Position numbers and translations under genes: made by a program. A stretch of 64,000 nucleotides of DNA from Candidatus Cybelea sp. (lineage in GTDB: Bacteria; Vulcanimicrobiota; Vulcanimicrobiia; Vulcanimicrobiales; Vulcanimicrobiaceae), in NCBI GenBank assembly GCA_036267315.1, contig DATAWH010000055.1, positions 5,855 through 69,854 of the forward strand, read 5' to 3'. Of the stretch, positions 17,895 to 25,736 are shown in pieces (the stretch's first letter is position 1; every line of letters begins with the position of its first letter). Below the pieces are notes generated by a model that saw only the letters and a list, made by a program, of their open reading frames with translations, did no database searches and was not told the origin of the DNA.

Positions 17895-18782
17895 ATGCCC
17901 AAGACGCAGCACTGGCAGTGGTACATCGAGGATTTCGGGCCGACCGAACAGCACCGTCACGCAGTCGACGAGCTGTTCTTCTCGGGGCGCACCGATTTTC
18001 AAGAAGTTGCGGTGCTGAGCTCGCCGGCCTTCGGCAAGATGCTCGTGATCGACGGCGATACGCAGAGTTCGCAAATCGACGAACGCATCTATCACGAGAG
18101 CCTCGTCCATCCGGCGCTCGCGGCGGCCGCCGATCGTACCAACGTACTGATCTTGGGCGGCGGCGAGGGAGCGACGCTGCGAGAGGTGCTGCGCAGCCCC
18201 GACGTCGAGCGCGCGACGATGGTCGATATCGACGGGCGCGTGATCGAGCTTTCCAAGGAGTTTCTGCCCGAGTGGTCGGCCGGCGCGTTTGAAGAGCCGC
18301 GCGCCAACGTCGTCGTCGGCGATGCGCTAGCCTACATGCGTGACCGCGACGATCGGTACGGCGTGATCCTCTCGGATCTCACCGAACCGCTGGAAGATTC
18401 GCCGAGCAATCCGCTCTTCAACGAAGACGTGTTCGCGCTGATCAAGTCACGCCTCCTCGAGGGGGGGGTCTACGCGCTTCAGGCGAGCACCGCGGCCGTC
18501 CACAACGCGGCGCTGCACTGCAAGATGTCGCGCACGCTGCGCCGCCACTACAAATACGTGGCGTCGTTCTTCACGCACGTGCCGGCGTTCGATACCGATT
18601 GGGCCTTTCTCGCCTGCAGCGATCGAGTGAATCTTGCGCAGTTGGAGCCCGAGGCTATCGATGCTTACTGCGCCTCCCTCGCGGGCGACAGCTTCTTTTA
18701 CGACGCACAAACGCACCGGCGGCTTTTTTCCTTGCCGCTCTACTTGCGCCGGATGCTGGCCTCCGGCGGGGATACTTTTTAG
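17895..18782 (+). CDS. speE: Spermidine synthase (polyamine aminopropyltransferase)
   Basis: Family blocks are MLVIDGDTQSSQIDERIYHESLVHP, VLILGGGEGATLREVL, MVDIDGRVIE and ILSDLTEP. ATG 17895 (MPKTQHWQWY) was chosen because the maximal ORF start (17871) lies inside the terminator T-tract. Confidence 0.88.
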   Translation: MPKTQHWQWYIEDFGPTEQHRHAVDELFFSGRTDFQEVAVLSSPAFGKMLVIDGDTQSSQIDERIYHESLVHPALAAAADRTNVLILGGGEGATLREVLRSPDVERATMVDIDGRVIELSKEFLPEWSAGAFEEPRANVVVGDALAYMRDRDDRYGVILSDLTEPLEDSPSNPLFNEDVFALIKSRLLEGGVYALQASTAAVHNAALHCKMSRTLRRHYKYVASFFTHVPAFDTDWAFLACSDRVNLAQLEPEAIDAYCASLAGDSFFYDAQTHRRLFSLPLYLRRMLASGGDTF

Positions 18783-18801
18783 GTACACGAAAGGCGACGA
18801 A

Positions 18802-19257
18802 ATGAGCATCGATTTCTCACGCGCGCCCCATGCTTGGGAGAAGGAGAAGAGCAACTTCGTTGCTCTGCTCGACCTCAAACTCGAGCGCGTCGAACACGGG
18901 AAGGCCGTGATGCGGATGCCGTACCGTCCGGAAGTCACCAACGGCACGGGGGCCGTGCACGGCGGCGCGATCGTGAGCCTCTGCGATACCGTGTTTTACG
19001 TCGCGCTGGCCTCGATCTACGGGCGCGATCAAGACACGACGACGATCGCGCTGCAGTGCAACTTTTTGGCGCCGGCCGGGCCCCCGCATGATCTCGTCGC
19101 CGAAGCGCGCGTGCTGCGCGGCGGTCGCCGCATCGTCTACGGTGAGGTCTACGTACGGAGCGGAACGGAGATCGTCGCGCATGCGACCCTGGACTTCCTC
19201 AACAGCTACCCCAAGGAGAAGCCGCCGAAGTCCGGCCACTTTACTCCGACGGAGTAG
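18802..19257 (+). CDS. PaaI-family hotdog-fold thioesterase
   Basis: The sequence ..NGTGAVHGGAIVSLCDTVFYVA... and RGGRRIVYGEVYV fit the PaaI/YbgC-type hotdog pattern. The start is set at ATG 18802 (MSIDFS). Confidence 0.75.
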   Translation: MSIDFSRAPHAWEKEKSNFVALLDLKLERVEHGKAVMRMPYRPEVTNGTGAVHGGAIVSLCDTVFYVALASIYGRDQDTTTIALQCNFLAPAGPPHDLVAEARVLRGGRRIVYGEVYVRSGTEIVAHATLDFLNSYPKEKPPKSGHFTPTE

Positions 19258-19387
19258 GCTCAGCCGCAGCGCGGGTATGAGGGTGTTATGGCACAGAAGC
19301 ATCGTCCGAAGCCGAGGCCAAGCGGATTGCGTACGCGACGGTAAATAAACAGCGTTCGTAAGCGCCGGTTCCTCGCCCGGCAGGCTT

Positions 19388-20524
19388 TTGCCGTGCGCTA
19401 TCGTGAAAACCGTTGCCGTGGCTACCGACGAGTTGAAGCGAACCGCACTCTATGAGGATCATGCCCGGGCCGGTGCGCGACTCGTGCCGTTCGGCGGATT
19501 CGAGATGCCGGTGCAATATACGAGCATCCTCAAAGAACATGATGCCGTCCGCCATCGCGCCGGGCTCTTCGATCTATCGCATATGGGACAGATCTGGCTG
19601 ACCGGCGGCGCGGTCGCACAGTGGGCCGACACGTTGACGATCAACTCGGTCGTTACGATGAAGCAGTGGCAAGCCCGCTACAATATTTTCTGCAACGATG
19701 CCGGCGGCGCGCGCGACGACACGATTTTTTACTGCCTGGACGACCGCTGGCTCCTGGTGGTCAACGCCTCCAACGCCGATAAGATGTGGCAGCATATCAA
19801 CGCCTTCGTTCCGGAATACGGGGTCTCACTAGAGAATCGCCACGGCAAAGACGCCCTAATTGCGATTCAAGGCCCGCTTTCGGTACAGATGCTGCAGCCC
19901 CACGTCGCGGGGTTGGAACTCGCAGCGATGAAATATTACTTCTGCGCGCGTGCAACGGTCGACGGCGTGCCCGCAGTCATCGCGCGGACGGGTTACACCG
20001 GCGAAGATGGCTTCGAACTTTTTGTCGGCAGCGATTCCGCCTCACAACTCTGGCAAGGGCTCCTAAGGACGCACGCCGGCGAAGGCCTCGAGCCGTGCGG
20101 TCTTGGCGCGCGAGACGTCTTGCGCCTGGAGGCCGGCATGCCTCTGTACGGTCACGAACTCACCGAAGAGATCACCCCGGTTCAGGCCGGCCAGCTCTGG
20201 GCGCTCAAGATGAACAAGGAAGAGTTCATCGGCAAGGATGCGCTCAAGGCGCAGATCGATCGCGACGACTATTCGAGGATCATCGGGCTCGTGATGAACG
20301 GGCGGGCGCCCGCGCGAGAAGGCTATCCCGTCGTACGCCACGGCCGCCGCGTCGGAGAAATTCGCAGCGGCTCGATCGGGCCGTCGGTCGAGAACAAAAA
20401 CATCGCGACCGCTCTGGTCGAACGAGATTCGGCAATCCCCCACACGGAGCTGGGGGTTGAAATTCGCGGTTCGGTGCACAATGCGACGGTCGTGCCGTTA
20501 CCATTTTACAAACGCCCCAAGTAA
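19388..20524 (+). CDS. gcvT: Glycine cleavage system T protein (aminomethyltransferase)
   Basis: Matching blocks are LKRTALYEDHARAGARLVPFGGFEMPVQY, GLFDLSHMG and ARTGYTGEDGFE. The start is uncertain: TTG 19388, GTG 19403 or GTG 19418. Confidence 0.93.
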   Translation: MPCAIVKTVAVATDELKRTALYEDHARAGARLVPFGGFEMPVQYTSILKEHDAVRHRAGLFDLSHMGQIWLTGGAVAQWADTLTINSVVTMKQWQARYNIFCNDAGGARDDTIFYCLDDRWLLVVNASNADKMWQHINAFVPEYGVSLENRHGKDALIAIQGPLSVQMLQPHVAGLELAAMKYYFCARATVDGVPAVIARTGYTGEDGFELFVGSDSASQLWQGLLRTHAGEGLEPCGLGARDVLRLEAGMPLYGHELTEEITPVQAGQLWALKMNKEEFIGKDALKAQIDRDDYSRIIGLVMNGRAPAREGYPVVRHGRRVGEIRSGSIGPSVENKNIATALVERDSAIPHTELGVEIRGSVHNATVVPLPFYKRPK

Positions 20525-20539
20525 CGATAAGGAGAGAAC

Positions 20540-20920
20540 GTGGCGCAGCCCGAGGATCTGCTCTACAGCAAGGAACACGAATGGGTGCGCCTCGACGGCG
20601 ACACGGCGACGATTGGGATCACCGATTACGCGCAGGGGTCGCTGGGCGATATCGTCTACGTCGAGCTGCCGAAAGTCGGCGCGACGATCGAGCAGTTCGG
20701 TAACGTCGGCGTCGTCGAATCCGTCAAAGCCGTCTCCGATCTTTTCACGCCGATCTCCGGCGAGGTCGTCGAGATCAACGGAGCACTCGACGGCGACCCC
20801 GCGGCCGTCAACCGCGAACCATACGGCGCCGGGTGGCTCATGAAGGTGCGCTTGAGCGACGCCGGCGAGACCGAGAAGCTCTTAAGCCCCGCGGAGTACG
20901 AACTACTCGCTACCGCATAG
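20540..20920 (+). CDS. gcvH: Glycine cleavage system H protein
   Basis: The sequence YSKEHEWVR..ITDYAQGSLGDIVYVELP is present, with the lipoyl-lysine motif ESVKAVSD. The GTG start is preceded by AAGGAG. Confidence 0.95.
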   Translation: MAQPEDLLYSKEHEWVRLDGDTATIGITDYAQGSLGDIVYVELPKVGATIEQFGNVGVVESVKAVSDLFTPISGEVVEINGALDGDPAAVNREPYGAGWLMKVRLSDAGETEKLLSPAEYELLATA

Positions 20921-20943
20921 TGGGGATGGCTGATAACGTACGG

Positions 20944-22464
20944 CTAGTGGAAGAGCCGGCGAAGCGAGGCGATGAGCGCTGCGGCGTGGGCCGGACGATC
21001 GGCGATGAACGCCCAGAGATCGCCGTCGGGAACGATCGTTCCCCGGGCACCGACGGCCTTTGCCCATCCAAGCACTTCGTCGTGACCGCCCAGTAGTGCC
21101 CAGCGCACCTCCGATTGGCCGAGTTGCCGATCGTAATGAAAATAGTCGCCGCCTTCCCAAGAGGGAACTCCCGCGATGCGCTCGCCGCTATCGAAATTGA
21201 TATGGTAGACCCAGAAGTAGTCGCCGTAGATCATTCGAACGCCGCGCTGCACGAGCAGCGAGCGTAGCCGCGCGTCGTCGTGGAGTCCCTGCGTTAGAGC
21301 GATCCTAGTCTGTGTGCCGGGCAGGCTGTACAGCCAGAAGTTTGGCACCGTTACTAGCAGGACCGCTGCGATTGCAAGCCACTTTTGAAAGCGCCACAAG
21401 GTGGCCGCTCCAATGGCGCCGGCAACCGGAACGGTGAGATAGAGAGGCGCGATGTATCGAACCGTCCACCCTCGCATCGAGCCCGCTTGGGAGGCGACGT
21501 AGAATAAGAAGACGCCCGCGCTCACGAGCCAGATCAGTTGCCAAGCATCCGCATATTTTCGGTTGCGATTGAGCGCCACGATGAAGGCGGCGGCGATTGC
21601 TGCGTATCCGAGGATCAGCGGCGTCGAGAGCGACCACCAACCGGCCGGCTCGTGGAAGAGCAGCTTTGGTACTTGCGTCGTGGCGAACCAAATGACGTTG
21701 TCGAAAACGATCGCGCCATTGGGAGCGGCCTGCGATGCCCAGTTATGCGTGAGCGACGCCGCCCCATTGGCTATATTTCCGATGGCAAACGGCAGCGCAC
21801 CTACGACAAATCCGGCCAACGCAACGGGGACTTCTCTAAGCATCGCCGTTCGTCGTTTCCATCCGATCCATACGAGCGCGGGAAGGCTAACCATCAGCGT
21901 CTGCAGCGATAGCCAGATGCCGAGCCCTGCGCTCAAACCGAAGGCGAATCGCTGCCACGTCGCGCCGTCTTGCCGCCAGAGCGTGGCAAGCCAGAGCGTC
22001 GCGGCGCAGGACGCCATGATCTCGCCGTAGGCCCACGGCACGTAGGTAACCGTCATGAACTGTTCCGGCGGGATGACGGCGAAAATCATTGCAACGCACC
22101 CGAGCCTGTCGCCGAGCAGCGCGCGCAAGAACAGCCATGAGAAGACGAGATAGAGTATGCCCCAGGTCAGGCCGGTAAGCGCCAAACCAACGCGTCCGTC
22201 GCCTAAGACGTGAAAGTAGGCGGCGGCGACGTAGCAACTCGCCGCGCTCAAACGCGTGCCCCCGGGGAAGAACAGCGGATAGGCCCCCGCCGCGACGCGG
22301 AACGCACAGAGCCCCGCCAGCGTGCCGTCGGAGTCGATTTGAAAGAGTGCGAGCGGAAAATAGAGCGCCGCCCGCAGCAACGTGCCGGCTGCGATCAGTG
22401 CGATGCCGATCCGCGCCACGTCGCTCGCTTTCTTTACGAAGGACCCGGCGGCCTCGCGACACAA
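20944..22464 (-). CDS. Polytopic membrane protein, GT-C-fold glycosyltransferase-like (ArnT/PMT-like)
   Basis: About 11 hydrophobic segments are followed by a ~110-aa soluble C-terminal domain. An acidic DxD (FQIDSDG) sits in the first predicted loop, as in GT-C enzymes. Function is by analogy only. The start is uncertain because it lies only 13 nt from the gcvPA start. Confidence 0.5.
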   Translation of the reverse strand: MCREAAGSFVKKASDVARIGIALIAAGTLLRAALYFPLALFQIDSDGTLAGLCAFRVAAGAYPLFFPGGTRLSAASCYVAAAYFHVLGDGRVGLALTGLTWGILYLVFSWLFLRALLGDRLGCVAMIFAVIPPEQFMTVTYVPWAYGEIMASCAATLWLATLWRQDGATWQRFAFGLSAGLGIWLSLQTLMVSLPALVWIGWKRRTAMLREVPVALAGFVVGALPFAIGNIANGAASLTHNWASQAAPNGAIVFDNVIWFATTQVPKLLFHEPAGWWSLSTPLILGYAAIAAAFIVALNRNRKYADAWQLIWLVSAGVFLFYVASQAGSMRGWTVRYIAPLYLTVPVAGAIGAATLWRFQKWLAIAAVLLVTVPNFWLYSLPGTQTRIALTQGLHDDARLRSLLVQRGVRMIYGDYFWVYHINFDSGERIAGVPSWEGGDYFHYDRQLGQSEVRWALLGGHDEVLGWAKAVGARGTIVPDGDLWAFIADRPAHAAALIASLRRLFH

Positions 22465-22477
22465 CCATCGTACTCGA

Positions 22478-23839
22478 ATGTACGCACCTCACACGCAACG
22501 CGATATCGACGAGATGCTCGCTGCCGTCGGCGTCGAGTCGCTCGACGCGCTGCTGGCGGTTCCCGAGGAGATCGCACTCAAAGCCAAACTCGACGTCGTT
22601 CCGGCGTTGCCCGAGTATCAGATTGCGCGCCGCTTCGAGCGCTTCGCCGAAAAGAATGCGGGCGTCGGTTATCGTTCGTTCCTGGGAGCCGGCTCGTACA
22701 GCCACTACGCGCCGCCGGCCATCGCGGCGCTGGCGATGCGCGGCGAGTTTCTCACCGCCTACACGCCCTATCAAGCCGAAGTCTCGCAGGGGTATTTGCA
22801 AGCGATCTACGAGTGGCAGACGTACATTTGCCTGCTCACCGGGATGGAGCTCGCCAATGCATCGGTCTACGATGGCGCGACGGCGTTGGCCGAAGCGGCG
22901 ATCATGGCGTTGGGAGCCACCGGGCGTAACAAGATTTTGGTTTCGCGCGCCATCCACCCGAACTATCGCGCGGTGCTGCGCACGTACTGCGACGGGCTCG
23001 ACGTCGCCGTCGACGAAGTTCCCGTCACCGAAAACGGCGCCACCGATCTCTCCGCGCTCGCCGATGCCGTCGGCGGCAAAGGGTACGCTGCAGTCGCGCT
23101 GCAGTCGCCGAACTTTTTCGGATGCGTCGACACCTTGACCAAAGATGCGCAAGCGGCGATTAGCAGCAGCGGCACCGTACCCGTTGCCGTCGTCGCGGAG
23201 GCGCTGTCGTTAGCGGCGCTCGAGCCGCCGGCGGCGTGGGGCGCCCAGATCGTTGCGGGCGAAGCGCAGAGCTTTGGCGTCGCGCAGGCGTATGGCGGCC
23301 CGTACGCCGGTTTCATCGCTTCAACCAAAGAGCACATGCGCCGCATTCCGGGCCGGCTCGTCGGCAAGACGGTGGATAACGCGGAACGTACGGCTTACGT
23401 GCTGACGCTGCAGGCCCGCGAGCAGCACATTCGCCGCGAGCGCGCGACCTCGAACATCTGCACGAACCAGGCGCACTGCGCGCTGATTGCTACGATCTAT
23501 CTCGCGCTCATGGGAAAGAGCGGCCTACGCGATGCGGCGTCGCTCAATCTGGCTCGCTCGCGCGAGCTGGCCAGTGCCGTCGCCAACGTCGACGGCGTTA
23601 CCTTGAAGTTTCCGACGCCCTTTTTCAACGAGTTCGTCGCCGACGTAGGGCGCCCGGCTGCCGAAGTACTCGAGTCGCTTGCGGAGCTAGGGATCCTTGG
23701 CGGGGTCGACCTCGGGCGCTTCTACCCCGAGTTCGCGTCCTGCATCTTGATGACGGCGACCGAACTTACGACCACTGCCGATATCAACGCTCTCGCTGCC
23801 GCCCTCGACGGAGCTCTCAATGTCCACGCCCACATCTAG
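22478..23839 (+). CDS. gcvPA: Glycine dehydrogenase (decarboxylating) subunit 1
   Basis: Matching blocks are MYAPHTQRDIDEMLAAVGV and SFLGAGSYSHYAPPAI..RGEFLTAYTPYQAEVSQG.LQAIYEWQ. The start is set at ATG 22478. Confidence 0.93.
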   Translation: MYAPHTQRDIDEMLAAVGVESLDALLAVPEEIALKAKLDVVPALPEYQIARRFERFAEKNAGVGYRSFLGAGSYSHYAPPAIAALAMRGEFLTAYTPYQAEVSQGYLQAIYEWQTYICLLTGMELANASVYDGATALAEAAIMALGATGRNKILVSRAIHPNYRAVLRTYCDGLDVAVDEVPVTENGATDLSALADAVGGKGYAAVALQSPNFFGCVDTLTKDAQAAISSSGTVPVAVVAEALSLAALEPPAAWGAQIVAGEAQSFGVAQAYGGPYAGFIASTKEHMRRIPGRLVGKTVDNAERTAYVLTLQAREQHIRRERATSNICTNQAHCALIATIYLALMGKSGLRDAASLNLARSRELASAVANVDGVTLKFPTPFFNEFVADVGRPAAEVLESLAELGILGGVDLGRFYPEFASCILMTATELTTTADINALAAALDGALNVHAHI

Positions 23840-25325
23840 CAAGACCGCCGAGCCGCTGATCTTCGAGCTCGGTCAAGAGGGTCGAGCGAACCGCTATCTG
23901 GAGGAAGGCAAAGCGCTGGATGCGTTTTTGCCGGAAGCAGTCGTCCGCAAAGACCTGCCGTTACCCGACAATAGCGAGCTCGACGTCGTGCGGCACTACA
24001 CGCGGCTCTCGCACCGGACGTTCGGCATCGATCTCGGCTTCTATCCGCTGGGCTCGTGCACGATGAAGTACAACCCGCGGGTGAACGACGCGATCGTCGC
24101 CAAGCGCGAGTTCGCTCAGCTGCACCCGTTCGTTCCCGATGCGCTCGCGCAGGGCGCGCTGCAGATCATGTACGAGCTCGAACGTTCCCTGAGCTCGCTC
24201 TTCGGCATGGCGGCTTTTTCGCTCAATCCGTCGGCGGGCGCGCACGCGGAGCTCGGTGCGTTGCTGATCGCCAAAAAATACTTCAAGGAACGAGGCGAGA
24301 CGCGGCGCGACAAAGTCATCGTACCCGATACGGCGCACGGTACCAATCCTGCTTCGGCATCAATGTGCGGATTCAAGGTAGTCTCCTTGCCGAGCAACGA
24401 ACGCGGACGCGTCGGGGTTAGCGAGATTCGCTCGGTGCTCGGACCCGATACCGCCGTTTGCATGATGACCAATCCCAATACCCTCGGGCTCTTCGAAGAC
24501 GAGATCGCGCAGATCGCTGCCGCGGTGCACGAGGCCGGCGGTCTGATGTACTACGACGGCGCCAACGCCAACGCGATCATGGGCTACACGCGCCCCGGCG
24601 ACATGGGCTTCGACCTCATGCACCTCAACACGCACAAGACTTTCACGATTCCGCACGGCGGAGGCGGCGCCGGTCACGGCCCGCTCGGCGTCGCGGCGCA
24701 TCTCGTCGACTACCTCCCCGTGCCGGTCATCGCCGCCGCCGCGCGCGCCAATGGCGAAAGCGGATCGGCTGCGAGCGACCGTCTGACCTTCAAGCTCGAT
24801 TTCGACCGGCCCAAATCGATCGGGCCGCTGCGCAGCTTCTGGTCGAACTTCGCGCACGTCGCGCGGGCGTTAGCCTACCTCTACGCTAACGGCGAGGAAG
24901 GCCTTAAGCGCGTTTCGCAGCTGGCCGTGCTCAACGCGAACTACTTACGGGTGAAGGTCGCGGAGTTTCTCGACACGCCCTATCCGGAGATCTGCCGGCA
25001 CGAGTTCGTCGCGTCGGCACAGGAGCTCAAGAAAGAGCACGGCGTGCGCGCGCTCGACATCGCCAAAGCCCTGCTCGACCACGGTTACATGGCGCCGACG
25101 ATGTACTTTCCCTTGATCGTACCGGAGTGCTTGATGGTCGAGCCGACCGAGACAGAATCGAAGGAGACGCTCGACAAGTTCGTGGAGGCGCTTCATCAGA
25201 TCGTCGAAGAGGCGAAGACGAATCCGCAGGCGCTGCTCGAAGCGCCGGTCACGACCGTCGTCGGCCGCGTCGACGAGACTCGTGCCGCCCGTCAGCCCGA
25301 CCTGAGGTGGCGCGCGCCCCAGTAG
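23820..25325 (+). CDS. gcvPB: Glycine dehydrogenase (decarboxylating) subunit 2
   Basis: Matching blocks are YPLGSCTMKYNP, the PLP-lysine context NTHKTF.IPHGGGGAG, and the C-terminal MVEPTE. It overlaps gcvPA by 20 nt. Confidence 0.93.
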   Translation: MSTPTSSKTAEPLIFELGQEGRANRYLEEGKALDAFLPEAVVRKDLPLPDNSELDVVRHYTRLSHRTFGIDLGFYPLGSCTMKYNPRVNDAIVAKREFAQLHPFVPDALAQGALQIMYELERSLSSLFGMAAFSLNPSAGAHAELGALLIAKKYFKERGETRRDKVIVPDTAHGTNPASASMCGFKVVSLPSNERGRVGVSEIRSVLGPDTAVCMMTNPNTLGLFEDEIAQIAAAVHEAGGLMYYDGANANAIMGYTRPGDMGFDLMHLNTHKTFTIPHGGGGAGHGPLGVAAHLVDYLPVPVIAAAARANGESGSAASDRLTFKLDFDRPKSIGPLRSFWSNFAHVARALAYLYANGEEGLKRVSQLAVLNANYLRVKVAEFLDTPYPEICRHEFVASAQELKKEHGVRALDIAKALLDHGYMAPTMYFPLIVPECLMVEPTETESKETLDKFVEALHQIVEEAKTNPQALLEAPVTTVVGRVDETRAARQPDLRWRAPQ

Positions 25326-25350
25326 CCCCCTTCCGGTTGCCGCGGCGGGC

Positions 25351-25398
25351 TTGACGGCGGCCTCGCCGCGGCTCTACTATACTCTAACGGAATATAGT
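25351..25398 (+). promoter_or_regulatory. Candidate promoter (TTGACG-N18-TACTAT) with overlapping inverted repeat ACTATA-N11-TATAGT
   Basis: The -35 is TTGACG at 25351-25356 and the -10 is TACTAT at 25375-25380. The inverted repeat is 25376-25381 / 25393-25398. AAGGAG and the TTG start of the PadR gene follow. The -35 lies in the loop of a 9-bp GC hairpin (25339-25347 / 25364-25372). Confidence 0.4.
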
Positions 25399-25417
25399 CG
25401 TAAGGAGAATAGCCGCT

Positions 25418-25732
25418 TTGAGCGCCGCCGTTTTCTACATCCTCGTCACCCTGGCGCAAAACGATCGCCATGGTTACGCGATCATCAAAGAAATTGAAAG
25501 CCTCACTGACGGGGAAGTGGTCCTGCTTCCAGGCACGCTTTACCGGCTGGTCGGCCAGCTCTCCCGGGATAAGTGGATTACCGAGGTGCGCGGCGCACCC
25601 AGCGACGATCCGCGCCGGCGCTACTATCGTTTGACGCCCAGCGGCCGCCGAGCACTCGCTGCCGAAGCCGGCCGCCTGGAAAGCATGGTGAAACTCGTGC
25701 GCAAAAACCGGCTGCTGGCCGGCCACGCATAG
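25418..25732 (+). CDS. PadR-family transcriptional regulator
   Basis: The PadR winged helix is present: ILVTLAQNDRHGYAIIKEI....LLPGTLYRLVGQLSRDKWI...RRRYYRLTPSGRRAL. Confidence 0.9.
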   Translation: MSAAVFYILVTLAQNDRHGYAIIKEIESLTDGEVVLLPGTLYRLVGQLSRDKWITEVRGAPSDDPRRRYYRLTPSGRRALAAEAGRLESMVKLVRKNRLLAGHA

Positions 25733-25736
25733 CGAA

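Noticed and set aside
19258-19387. Possible glycine riboswitch upstream of gcvT
   Set aside because: The leader lacks the conserved GGAGAG and CACCGAAGGGGCAA-like blocks. Only a weak CCGAAG match is present. A covariance-model scan would be needed to overturn this.
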